32,000 bases of DNA from Halomicronema hongdechloris C2206 (GCF_002075285.3 NZ_CP021983.2:2670001-2702000); one strand, 5' to 3'. Counted from the stretch's first letter, positions 10,342 through 18,793 are shown. Numbers and translations: made by a program. Notes: generated by a model from the letters alone, not told the origin.

Positions 10342-10728
10342 ATGTCAGCGCCGGTTGTTAAGTCTATAAAGCACTCAATGCCTCGATACCCGGTCTTGGA
10401 TGGCTGGCGAGGTATTAGCATCCTCTGTGTGTTAGCCTCTCACATGCTGCCGCTTGGTCCTGCCGCTTGGGATTTGAACCTAGCAGCAGGGTATCTGGGC
10501 ATGTCCTTATTTTTTACATTGTCGGGCTTTTTAATTACAACAAGCCTGATTTTTAGATTAGACCTATATGAATTCGCTATCCGGCGAGTGATTAGGGTTG
10601 TTCCCCTTGCTTGGCTTTATGTGGCTGTTGTTTTATCGTTGCAATTGCCCAGCTTCTCTACTGCCGTAGCGCATCTTTTGTTCTACGCTAATTTACCTCC
10701 ATCTTCTACTATGAAAAACCTTTTATAG
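10342..10728 (+). pseudogene. acyltransferase family 3 (OafA/YrhL-like O-acyltransferase), 3'-truncated
   Basis: The N-terminus RYPVLDGWRGISILCVLASHM...FFTLSGFLIT...RRVIRVVPLAW matches the Acyl_transf_3 start. It stops after 128 aa, whereas family members are typically ~350 aa or more with about 10 TM helices. Confidence 0.65.
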
Positions 10729-10822
10729 TCTGGGGAAAACGGTGGATTATATAGAGCCAGGGAAAGTTTATTCCCTCAAAAAATTAGAGACATAAAAACA
10801 TGATTGATTTTGGAAACAAAAA

Positions 10823-12115
10823 ATGATGGGAAATAAAAAGCTGAGAATTCTATTAATCATCGAGCAGTGTAATCCTGAGTGGACATCAGTTCCGCTGCAA
10901 GGCTATTATTTCTATATCAGTATTAGAAATTTATTTAATACAACTCTGGTCACTCACGAGAGAAATAAACCAGCACTAGAAAAAGTACATTCAGATAGAG
11001 ATATTGTTTATATTTATGAGAGTAATTTTACTAAGTGGTACTATAAACATGCAGAATCTTTAAGCAAAATAAAAGGCAAAATAATTTGGCCTCTCTACAA
11101 TACACTAACCTATCCAATTTATGCTGAATTCAACCATCTAGTCTACAAAAAGTTTAAAACTTCTGTTCTTAAAAGAGACTATGACATTGTCCATGTCGTC
11201 ACACCAATGATGCCGCGCTATCCGGCCAAGATTATCAAAGCTTGCAAAAATATTCCCTTTATAATTGGGCCAGTAAACGGTGGTGTGCCCTATCCAAAAG
11301 GATTTCAAGAGATCGCTCGAAAAGAGTTTGCTGGCTTTAACTTCTTGCGGTTAATTGGCCGATGGCTTATTCCTGGCTACCGTGAGACCTACGAAGAGGC
11401 TGATTATATCCTCGCTGGCTCAACTTATACACTAAATTTAATCAAAAGCCTATTCGACGTTAGAGATGAACACATAGAACTATTCTATGAAAATGGAATC
11501 AATGACGCCTTCTTTAGTAAAGATCCCAAAGTCGACACTGAAGAGAGTATACAGATAAACCTTCTCTTTGTCGGTCGTCTCGTACCTTATAAAGGAGCTG
11601 ATATATTAATAGACTCAATTGGTCAACTAAGACCGCAGATCCAAGAAAATATATCTTTAATTATTGTTGGTAATGGCTCTGAGAAAGAGTCTTTACAGCA
11701 GCAAGTGCAAAATCTCGATCTAAAAGAAAAAATCCACTTTCCAGGCTGGGTAAATCAGCAAGAAATACTCGAGTATTACCATAAATCCGATATCTTTTGT
11801 TTCCCTTCAGTTAGAGAGTTTGGAGGTGCCGTAGTCATAGAGGCTATGGCTAATGGACTTCCATGCATCGTTGTTGACAATGGTGGTATTGGAGAATATG
11901 TCACCGAAGAAACCGGATTTAAAATTAATCCGATTTCCAGAGAGTTTGTCGTGCAGGAGCTAAGAAAACGAATTGAGCAATTGGTAGAAGATAGGGCCTT
12001 ACATGCTGCAATGTCATACGAGGCAGTTGAACGGGCAAAAGAGTTTACTTGGGACTCCAAAGCCGAGAAAATATCAGACATTTACTTGAAATTATTAAGT
12101 AATTCGAGTGAATAA
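10823..12115 (+). CDS. glycosyltransferase family 4 (group 1)
   Basis: LLFVGRLVPYKGADILIDS...FPSVREFGGAVVIEAMANGLPCIVVDNGGIGEYV is the canonical GT4 E-x7-E region. Confidence 0.85.
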   Translation: MMGNKKLRILLIIEQCNPEWTSVPLQGYYFYISIRNLFNTTLVTHERNKPALEKVHSDRDIVYIYESNFTKWYYKHAESLSKIKGKIIWPLYNTLTYPIYAEFNHLVYKKFKTSVLKRDYDIVHVVTPMMPRYPAKIIKACKNIPFIIGPVNGGVPYPKGFQEIARKEFAGFNFLRLIGRWLIPGYRETYEEADYILAGSTYTLNLIKSLFDVRDEHIELFYENGINDAFFSKDPKVDTEESIQINLLFVGRLVPYKGADILIDSIGQLRPQIQENISLIIVGNGSEKESLQQQVQNLDLKEKIHFPGWVNQQEILEYYHKSDIFCFPSVREFGGAVVIEAMANGLPCIVVDNGGIGEYVTEETGFKINPISREFVVQELRKRIEQLVEDRALHAAMSYEAVERAKEFTWDSKAEKISDIYLKLLSNSSE

Positions 12116-12153
12116 TCATAACCGATCCTCAAAGTTATTTGAGATTTAAAGAG

Positions 12154-13350
12154 ATGAATTTGACCTTAGGATACTTTGTTCCCGAATTTCCCAGCCAGAC
12201 CCATGCATTTTTCTGGCGAGAAGTGAATGCATTGCGCGAACAAGGCATTAGTGTCCAATTATTCTCTAGCCGTCGCCCGCCGGATACAGCGTGTTATCAT
12301 CCATTTGCGGATACAGCACGTCAGCAAACTTACTATGTCTTCCCACCCAATATCATAAAGGTTCTATCTTTTGCGTTCTCACATCCCCATAAGTTATGGT
12401 GGGGAATTTCGTATATCGTAAATCTACCTGAAATATCTTATTTGCAACGAGTAAAGCTAATGAGCTTACTCGCTTGTGCCATAGAATTAGTAGCCCATTG
12501 TCGAAACCTAGACATCAATCATGTCCACTTTCATTCTTGTGCAAATTCTGCCCATATTGGTGCGATCGCAAATATCATCTCTGAAATTTCGTATAGTTTA
12601 ACTTTGCATGGTGATCTGACAATCTACGGAACTCATCATCCCCAGAAAATGATGCGAGCCGAACTGGTCACCGCAGTAACTACACCACTAAAAAAGCAAA
12701 TACTTGATGCGACCTCAATGACCGAAGATCGTGTGCCAATCATCCATATGGGCGTTGATGTTGATTACTTCCAACCTAAAACCCGTCAAAAAGATACATC
12801 AACAGAACTGCATGTGGTTACGGTCGCTCGGTTGAATCGAGTTAAGGGACATGTCTATATGTTAGAAGCCCTATCAAAACTGCAAGAAGAAGGCCACAAC
12901 ATCAAGTATTCTATCGCAGGCGAAGGGACATATCGTCCAGAGATAGAAAAGAGAATTAAGGAATTGAAACTAGTAGATTCAGTAGTAATGCTAGGTTCCA
13001 TTGGAGAAGATGATGTTCTTCGGCTTCTACAATCGGCAGATATTTTTGCACTCACTAGTACTGGACGTGGTGAAGCAGCACCAGTCTCGGTCATGGAAGC
13101 TATGGCCTGTGGTCTACCCACCATATGCTCTATTATCGGAGGGACACCAGACATGATTGAGCATAGAAAGGATGGATTTCTACTCAATCAAAAAGACATT
13201 CCTGCCATAACCAATACCCTACGAGAATTAATACTTTCTCCCGAGTTGCGATATCAAATTGGCAAAGCTGCCAGACAGAAGGCAGTTCATCGCTATGACT
13301 ATCGGGTCACAGCAAAACAGCTAAGTGAGGCTATATTGAAATTTAAATAG
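12154..13350 (+). CDS. glycosyltransferase family 4 (WcaL-like)
   Basis: MNLTLGYFVPEFPSQTHAFFWREV is a WcaL-type N-terminus, and VTVARLNRVKGH...GEAAPVSVMEAMACGLPTICSIIGGTPDMI is the GT4 region. The ORF track start at TTG 12139 is probably too early. Confidence 0.85.
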   Translation: MNLTLGYFVPEFPSQTHAFFWREVNALREQGISVQLFSSRRPPDTACYHPFADTARQQTYYVFPPNIIKVLSFAFSHPHKLWWGISYIVNLPEISYLQRVKLMSLLACAIELVAHCRNLDINHVHFHSCANSAHIGAIANIISEISYSLTLHGDLTIYGTHHPQKMMRAELVTAVTTPLKKQILDATSMTEDRVPIIHMGVDVDYFQPKTRQKDTSTELHVVTVARLNRVKGHVYMLEALSKLQEEGHNIKYSIAGEGTYRPEIEKRIKELKLVDSVVMLGSIGEDDVLRLLQSADIFALTSTGRGEAAPVSVMEAMACGLPTICSIIGGTPDMIEHRKDGFLLNQKDIPAITNTLRELILSPELRYQIGKAARQKAVHRYDYRVTAKQLSEAILKFK

Positions 13351-13407
13351 TCACTATAGATATTAAAAATCTTTTCCAAAACATGTCTTTTGAATTTATG
13401 AGGATCC

Positions 13408-14145
13408 ATGAATTATCCATATCGTCACATACCAATAGTTTCTCCTGCGTACCGAAACCTGAGGAGATTTGTGAATAGCAGACGCTACGCCGGAAACAAT
13501 GTCTGGTGTCCTGTTTGCTCACGGTCCTTCAAGTCTTGGTTAAATAATCAGAGTCATGGCTCATGTCCTTACTGCCGCTCTGAAACTCGTCACCGAATAA
13601 CTTGCTTGTATCTGCAAAATCGATACAGTAATACTCAACTACCGATAAAGCTTCTTTATTTTGCTCCACACTGGGGACTAGAGCGATGGCTCCGTAAACA
13701 AAAACGTACGTTTTCCTGCACCACAACTGACCTGTCAGCACCCAATGTAGATGTTCATGCTGACATAACTAACTTGCCGTTTAAGAGTCAGTCATTTGAC
13801 CTGATTGTGTGTTGTCATGTTTTAGAACATATTCCTAATGATGAAAAAGCCATTAGTGAGTTGTTTCGAGTGTTACACAACGATGGAACCGCATTGATAC
13901 AGGTTCCATGTAATTATTCTGCTGAATATACAGACGAAGATCTATCCATCACAGATGCCCATGAGCGGGAAAAACGCTTTGGCCAGTTTGATCATGTCAG
14001 ACTCTATGGCCAAGATATTGTGAAACGACTGAAACTGCCAGGGTTCAAAGTGGAAATCTTTCGTCCTACACGGAACTACACAAGGCAAGAAAATGAACGT
14101 TTAGGGCTATGGGATGACGCTATTTTTGTCTGTCGCAAAGGTTAG
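13408..14145 (+). CDS. class I SAM-dependent methyltransferase with N-terminal Cys4 zinc-ribbon-like motif
   Basis: CPVCSRSF...CPYCRSETRHR is followed by FDLIVCCHVLEHIPNDEKAISELFRVLHNDGTALIQVP, which is Methyltransf_11-like. Confidence 0.8.
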   Translation: MNYPYRHIPIVSPAYRNLRRFVNSRRYAGNNVWCPVCSRSFKSWLNNQSHGSCPYCRSETRHRITCLYLQNRYSNTQLPIKLLYFAPHWGLERWLRKQKRTFSCTTTDLSAPNVDVHADITNLPFKSQSFDLIVCCHVLEHIPNDEKAISELFRVLHNDGTALIQVPCNYSAEYTDEDLSITDAHEREKRFGQFDHVRLYGQDIVKRLKLPGFKVEIFRPTRNYTRQENERLGLWDDAIFVCRKG

Positions 14146-14303
14146 AATACCTATTAGTCCTCTTTAGGAAATTTGGGTGTCCAAAAAGAATGCTTATACA
14201 ATGTTAGTTACAGCGATGCAGAAAATTCCTGAAAGCCCTGAAGTGCAAGAATTCTCAGAGTGCATCCTAGTTTTCTGACATTACGGTTAATAATGGAGGC
14301 ATA

Positions 14304-15020
14304 ATGGCAACATTAAGTAGTTTTTTCGATCGCATTTATATTTTAAACCTTCCCCATCGCGTTGATCGACGCAAAGCCACCATCAAGGAGTTGGAGTCAA
14401 TAGGAGTATTTTTGAAACCTGAAAAGATTGAAGTCTTTCCGGCTATCAAGCCTGACAAGGCAGAACCTTTCAAGAAATTGGGATCTAAAGGTTGTTTCCT
14501 GAGTGTGTTAGCTATCCTCGGGCATGTAAGAGATGAAGGTGCTAACAACGTCTTGATTTTTCAGGATGACATTAAATTCCCCCCATTTTTCAACAAACAT
14601 GAGAGTTCTTTAATACAGCAGCTTGAGCTCCAGAACTGGGATATTGCTCAGTTCGGTCATCTTACCACCGAAATAGATGATGCAGATATCAAGGATAAAT
14701 TTGCCACCTGGAGAGACTCTGAAAGTAAAGCTATAGGTGCACATTTCTTTGCCGTCAATGGCAAATCCCTCGATCGATTCATTCATTTTCTTGAAGAGCT
14801 TATGAGTCGCCCGAGTGGACATCCTGAGGGGGGAGCCATGCCCATAGACGGAGCATTTACTGTATTTCGTCGTCAGAATCCTGACATAGTTAGATTACTG
14901 GCTATACCTAGCTTTGGGGGGCAAAGAAGTTCACGCAGCGATGTTACTCCTAAGTGGTTCGATAAGCTACCAGTAACATCAAACTTGGCTCAACTATATC
15001 GGCACTGGATTTATCATTAG
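14304..15020 (+). CDS. glycosyltransferase family 25-like
   Basis: The N-terminus FDRIYILNLPHRVDRRKATIKELESIG matches the GT25 (LOS/LPS galactosyltransferase family) start motif. A GGAGG Shine-Dalgarno sequence lies just upstream. Confidence 0.6.
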   Translation: MATLSSFFDRIYILNLPHRVDRRKATIKELESIGVFLKPEKIEVFPAIKPDKAEPFKKLGSKGCFLSVLAILGHVRDEGANNVLIFQDDIKFPPFFNKHESSLIQQLELQNWDIAQFGHLTTEIDDADIKDKFATWRDSESKAIGAHFFAVNGKSLDRFIHFLEELMSRPSGHPEGGAMPIDGAFTVFRRQNPDIVRLLAIPSFGGQRSSRSDVTPKWFDKLPVTSNLAQLYRHWIYH

Positions 15021-15517
15021 TCAATGGTGGAGCTTAAGGATTTCTACCGTATTTCACAGACTATAGTCAGCTCACATCACTATTAGAGGATATTTGGAAA
15101 GTACCCTGCAACTTTGCTCCAGGCTTGCTTCTGGCCAACAGAACCATACACGCTAAAACGCCTACCTTACAGGCCTTTCAGCCGAGTTTTCAAATACCCT
15201 CTTAGGCATCTCAGACTCAGATAAGGAAGCTGTACTGGCAATTTGTCAAGTACTCAGTCAGATCGAGAGCATAATTTGAATATTTTTTTAGTGGACGTAC
15301 CATATTAATTTATCTTGGTTACCATGGGGCAATCATCCAGGGGGTAATCTCAGTCATCGTTGCTCGATAGTTGCCACTGCCTGGCAGTGTCGTAGGGCGA
15401 ACATAGAGATCTAAAATAAACCTGCTACTCTTGGTGCACTCTACCTACAGGCAACGAAGCTAACAATGATGTCACTATTGGTGACTTTTTTAACCTCAGG
15501 AAGCCAGTGCACCAACC

Positions 15518-17725
15518 ATGAATACCATCCCACGCACGTATTACGTTTCCCCTAATGGTAACAATAATAACCCAGGTACAGAAGCCCAGCCTTGGAAAGA
15601 CATTCGCTATGCCACCAGTCAAGAGTCACCTGTGCAAGCAGGCGATACCATTTTGGTTCAGTCAGGCACTTATACAGAGACGATTACTTTAGAAAAGTCC
15701 GGTAGTAATCAGCAAGGGCATATCACCCTGAAGGCTAATGACAACGTTATTCTCCGCGACCCCCAACCCAACCAGGGTGGGTTCCGGGAAGGGGTGATCC
15801 AGTCTGCCGGAAAAGGTTATTGGGTCATCGATGGGTTCCGCATCGAAAATACCTCCTGGGCTGGCATTGCCCTCAGGGATGCCAATAACATGGTTGTGCA
15901 AAATAACCATACCGACAATACGGGAGCCTCGGGCATTATCGTCATGCCGGATAAATTCTTCGGCGGTGGCGAAGCCGAGGTTACCAGCTCGGATATCAAA
16001 ATTCTCAACAATATCGTGGAGCGGGCCAACTGGAAATGGCAAACTGCCAACGATACTGGCGCACCTCAAGAAGCACTAACAATTTGGGGGGTTGATGGCT
16101 TCGAAGTCGCAGGAAATCTAGTTAGAGATACCAAGAAAGAAGGCATCGATATCAAAACCGGCTCCAGAAATGGCTCAGTTCATGACAATCGGGTGACTAG
16201 AACCGCGTTGATTTCAGGAACCCCTGCAGGGTATCGAGGCGGCCCTGCTATCTACGTAGACGGCAATCGGGCAGATACGTTCAATATCGCTATCTACAAC
16301 AATGTCGTTCATAACAACACCTCCAGCGGCATCGTAATCGCCGATGAAGTAGTCGGCGTGGGTGATGTTGCCGATATTCGGGTTTACAACAATGTCATTT
16401 ATGACAACGGTCGACTCGGAATTAATGCGGGGGCAGGCATTAGTGTCCGCCATAACGTGGAAGACGTGAATATCATCAACAATACCCTTTCTGGCAATGT
16501 GCAAGCCTTCCTTGTTGATGGGGCTTCTGCCTCAGGAAATCCCAAGCTTGAGGATGTTCTCATCCGCAACAATATCTTCGCAGACAGCGTCTTTCGTAAT
16601 GGCTTCATCGGTGCCGCCGAGGACATTACCATCGACAATAACCTGTTTACCAATGACTTTGATGTCCTATACCAGCTCGGGACCGTCACCGATCTGCATG
16701 ACAGTGCCAATGATGTGGTCGCCTCGGTTGGCTTTGTTGATGCCCAGAACCAGGACTTTCGACTGAGCGCCTCATCTGCAGCCGTCGATAGTGGTTCTAA
16801 CCAGATTGGCAACTATGCTCAAACGGACTTCAATGGTGTTCTACGGCCCAATGGAGCCGGGGTTGACCAGGGAGCCTATGAGTTTTTGCCGCACAATAAG
16901 AGCACCACTATTGGCGAGTACGACACCTTAGATCTCAACCACCAGTGGCAGACAATCCTGCTGGATGAGTCCTATATTAATCCCGTTGTCATCGTCTCCG
17001 ACCCCACCCTGAATGGCTCAGATCCTGCTGCCATTCGCCTCCGCAAGGTCACCCAAGACTCCTTTCAAATCCGGCTGCAAGAGCCTAACTATAAAGACGG
17101 TAAGCATATTAACGAATCTGTTTCGTATCTGGTCATAGAAGCCGGAGATTGGACCCTTGCGGATGGCACTCGCATCTCCGCTGGCCAGCATCAATCTGAT
17201 CGGTTAACTTCCAAAGGCTTCGACGCCATCGACCTGACAGGCTTCGACAGCACCCCGGCGGTGTTATCTCAAGTGCAGACCTTCAACGGCAGCGACTGGG
17301 TAACTACTCGCACTACCGGACAATCTGCCAACGGGTTCCAACTGGCCATGCAGGAAGAAGAGGCCCGCAATAATGGTGGCCATGTGGATGAAACCATTGG
17401 CTGGCTAGCAGTCTCCCAGGGGGTGGCATCTGATGGCGATACTCTGCTACAGGGAAATACAACTGGGCGAAATTACGATCACAATCAGGCTACCGTTAAC
17501 TTTGACGCAGACTTCAATACAGCCCCATCAGTGTTGGCTAAACTAGGCTCTTACTTTGGGCCAGATACCGCTAATCTGCGCTTAGATGACATCACCGCCA
17601 ACGGCTTTAGCCTAGGGGTATATGAGGAGCAATCTTTGAACCAGGAACTCCTTCATACCCAAGAATCAGTTTCCTTTTTGGCTCTAGAAGGACCAGCTGG
17701 CGTCTTAACCGGATTGCCATTTTAG
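15518..17725 (+). CDS. right-handed parallel beta-helix (PbH1/CASH repeat) protein with three C-terminal tandem modules; polysaccharide lyase/hydrolase/epimerase-like
   Basis: The DUF1565-type N-terminus YYVSPNGNNNNPGTEAQPWKDIRYA is followed by about 9 repeats of the form xxIxNNxIxDNxxxGI. The helix cap is FVDAQNQDFRLSASSAAVDSG...VDQGAYEF. Three ~65-70-aa repeats follow. An in-frame TAA at 15491 rules out an N-terminal extension. Confidence 0.8.
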   Translation: MNTIPRTYYVSPNGNNNNPGTEAQPWKDIRYATSQESPVQAGDTILVQSGTYTETITLEKSGSNQQGHITLKANDNVILRDPQPNQGGFREGVIQSAGKGYWVIDGFRIENTSWAGIALRDANNMVVQNNHTDNTGASGIIVMPDKFFGGGEAEVTSSDIKILNNIVERANWKWQTANDTGAPQEALTIWGVDGFEVAGNLVRDTKKEGIDIKTGSRNGSVHDNRVTRTALISGTPAGYRGGPAIYVDGNRADTFNIAIYNNVVHNNTSSGIVIADEVVGVGDVADIRVYNNVIYDNGRLGINAGAGISVRHNVEDVNIINNTLSGNVQAFLVDGASASGNPKLEDVLIRNNIFADSVFRNGFIGAAEDITIDNNLFTNDFDVLYQLGTVTDLHDSANDVVASVGFVDAQNQDFRLSASSAAVDSGSNQIGNYAQTDFNGVLRPNGAGVDQGAYEFLPHNKSTTIGEYDTLDLNHQWQTILLDESYINPVVIVSDPTLNGSDPAAIRLRKVTQDSFQIRLQEPNYKDGKHINESVSYLVIEAGDWTLADGTRISAGQHQSDRLTSKGFDAIDLTGFDSTPAVLSQVQTFNGSDWVTTRTTGQSANGFQLAMQEEEARNNGGHVDETIGWLAVSQGVASDGDTLLQGNTTGRNYDHNQATVNFDADFNTAPSVLAKLGSYFGPDTANLRLDDITANGFSLGVYEEQSLNQELLHTQESVSFLALEGPAGVLTGLPF

Positions 17726-17830
17726 GGGGGACTTCGTTCGATATCACAGTCTAAAAATCGGCACTTTGCGTTGGCCAACGCGTCAGAGTCTCTAGGGTAT
17801 CTACCAGTACGACTTCTCTGTACTGCTCCT

Positions 17831-17836
17831 AAGGAG
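17831..17836 (+). promoter_or_regulatory. Shine-Dalgarno sequence (AAGGAG) of the poly-Asp gene
   Basis: AAGGAG lies 10 nt upstream of the ATG at 17847. Confidence 0.5.
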
Positions 17837-17846
17837 ATTACACCCG

Positions 17847-18191
17847 ATGAAGACATCCCTAAGTCTAGGCCTTCTAACGTTGCTGTTGAGCGTTCCCTTG
17901 CAAATTGGGTTTGCTCCCTGGGCCTATGCCCAGATCGAAAGTGATGATGATGGCATCGAAATCGAAGATACCGATGACGATGACGACGACGACATCGATG
18001 ACGATGACGATGACGATGATGATGACGATGACATTGGTAATGACGACGATGACGATGTTGGCGAGTTCGATGACGACGATGTTACGGTTCCCAGCGATCC
18101 AGCCAATGTCCCCGAACCCATGACCATCCTCGGTAGCATGGCTGCCCTGGGCATGGGCTATGCGGCCAAGCGCAAACTGTCAGATAAGTAA
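17847..18191 (+). CDS. secreted poly-aspartate protein with PEP-CTERM sorting signal
   Basis: The signal peptide is MKTSLSLGLLTLLLSVPLQIGFAPWAYA. The core has 33 Asp and 4 Glu in 59 residues, with D7 and D12 runs. The C-terminus VPEP-MTILGSMAALGMGYAA-KRK is the PEP motif, a TM helix and a basic cluster. A strong RBS is present. Confidence 0.75.
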   Translation: MKTSLSLGLLTLLLSVPLQIGFAPWAYAQIESDDDGIEIEDTDDDDDDDIDDDDDDDDDDDDIGNDDDDDVGEFDDDDVTVPSDPANVPEPMTILGSMAALGMGYAAKRKLSDK

Positions 18192-18341
18192 TCCCTGATT
18201 CCGGACATGCCTACTGCCCCATTTTGGGGCTGACGGCCTGCGCGGATACCTTTCCCACCAATCAGGTGCCGATCACAGAGGTCGCCTTTGGCATCTGATT
18301 CGGCAGAGAGAGGACGTTATGATCCCGTCTCGATGACATCG

Positions 18342-18368
18342 CCCCCCTCGCCCGAGGGGGGATTTTTT
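18342..18368 (+). terminator. Rho-independent terminator
   Basis: The stem is CCCCCCTC (18342-18349) paired with GAGGGGGG (18354-18361), with loop GCCC, followed by A + TTTTTT (18363-18368). The opposite strand has no T-tract. Confidence 0.6.
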
Positions 18369-18579
18369 ATCGACCTCGACCCCCTCCATCCCCTGACTCT
18401 GTTCTCCTCCGGGGGCGGAAGGGGAACAGCGGTTTGAGGTTCCAACTGTAGGAAAGCTGAGATGAGTTGTCTAGCCATAGCAAGACACTTTTCTGGATTC
18501 GGGTGGCGCTACGCTTGCCCGGAACGACGAGACTCTTTTTCGGGGTGAATTGGCTATCTAAGAAAACCTCATGATCGTC

Positions 18580-18599
18580 ATTCCCGCGGCGGCGGGAAT
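18580..18599. repeat. small palindromic unit ATTCCCGC-GGCG-GCGGGAAT
   Basis: A perfect 8-bp stem with a 4-nt loop. On the minus strand it translates as LDSRRRGND, a motif I recognise from spurious ORFs over small palindromic repeats in other bacteria. A degenerate relative lies at about 18494-18530. Confidence 0.4.
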
Positions 18600-18793
18600 C
18601 CAGAGCGTCAGCCTCGGCACGGGCACAAAGCGCATAGTCTGCCAATAGCATAGCCCTCTACCTGGATGCCGAGTGGCGCATGGGTAGCCAAACGCTAGAC
18701 TAAATCTAGGCACCCCATGGCACCCGCATCAGGATTCTCGCGACCGGCAAATCCCTCCCCCCAACTAATCCGCCTCCTCCGCCCCAGGAAAGC

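Noticed and set aside
15021-15517. A 500-nt intergenic region with a 15-nt palindrome CACTGCCTGGCAGTG (near 15373-15387) and a 65-aa antisense ORF (15425-15622).
   Set aside because: The ORF overlaps the beta-helix gene start and has no coding signals. The palindrome is isolated, and the region is probably just the promoter region of the 15518 gene.
17768-17781. A 14-bp perfect palindrome GCGTTGGCCAACGC upstream of the poly-Asp gene, and the shared 11-mer TGGCCAACGCG at 17772-17782 and 20985-20995.
   Set aside because: It could be an operator, but the flanks of the two copies do not align and there are only two occurrences. That is too little evidence to call a motif, so I note it only.
17905-18154. 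Alternative readings of the Asp-repeat DNA: a Met/Thr-rich ORF (17905-18123 +) and a poly-Ser ORF (17924-18154 -).
   Set aside because: They are frame and strand shadows of the GAT/GAC triplet repeat. Only the Asp frame has an SD, a signal peptide and a PEP-CTERM end.
18367-18651. 94-aa minus-strand ORF (…ALDSRRRGNDDHE…).
   Set aside because: It is a translation across palindromic repeat units and a terminator hairpin. It has no start context or family resemblance, so it is treated as non-coding.
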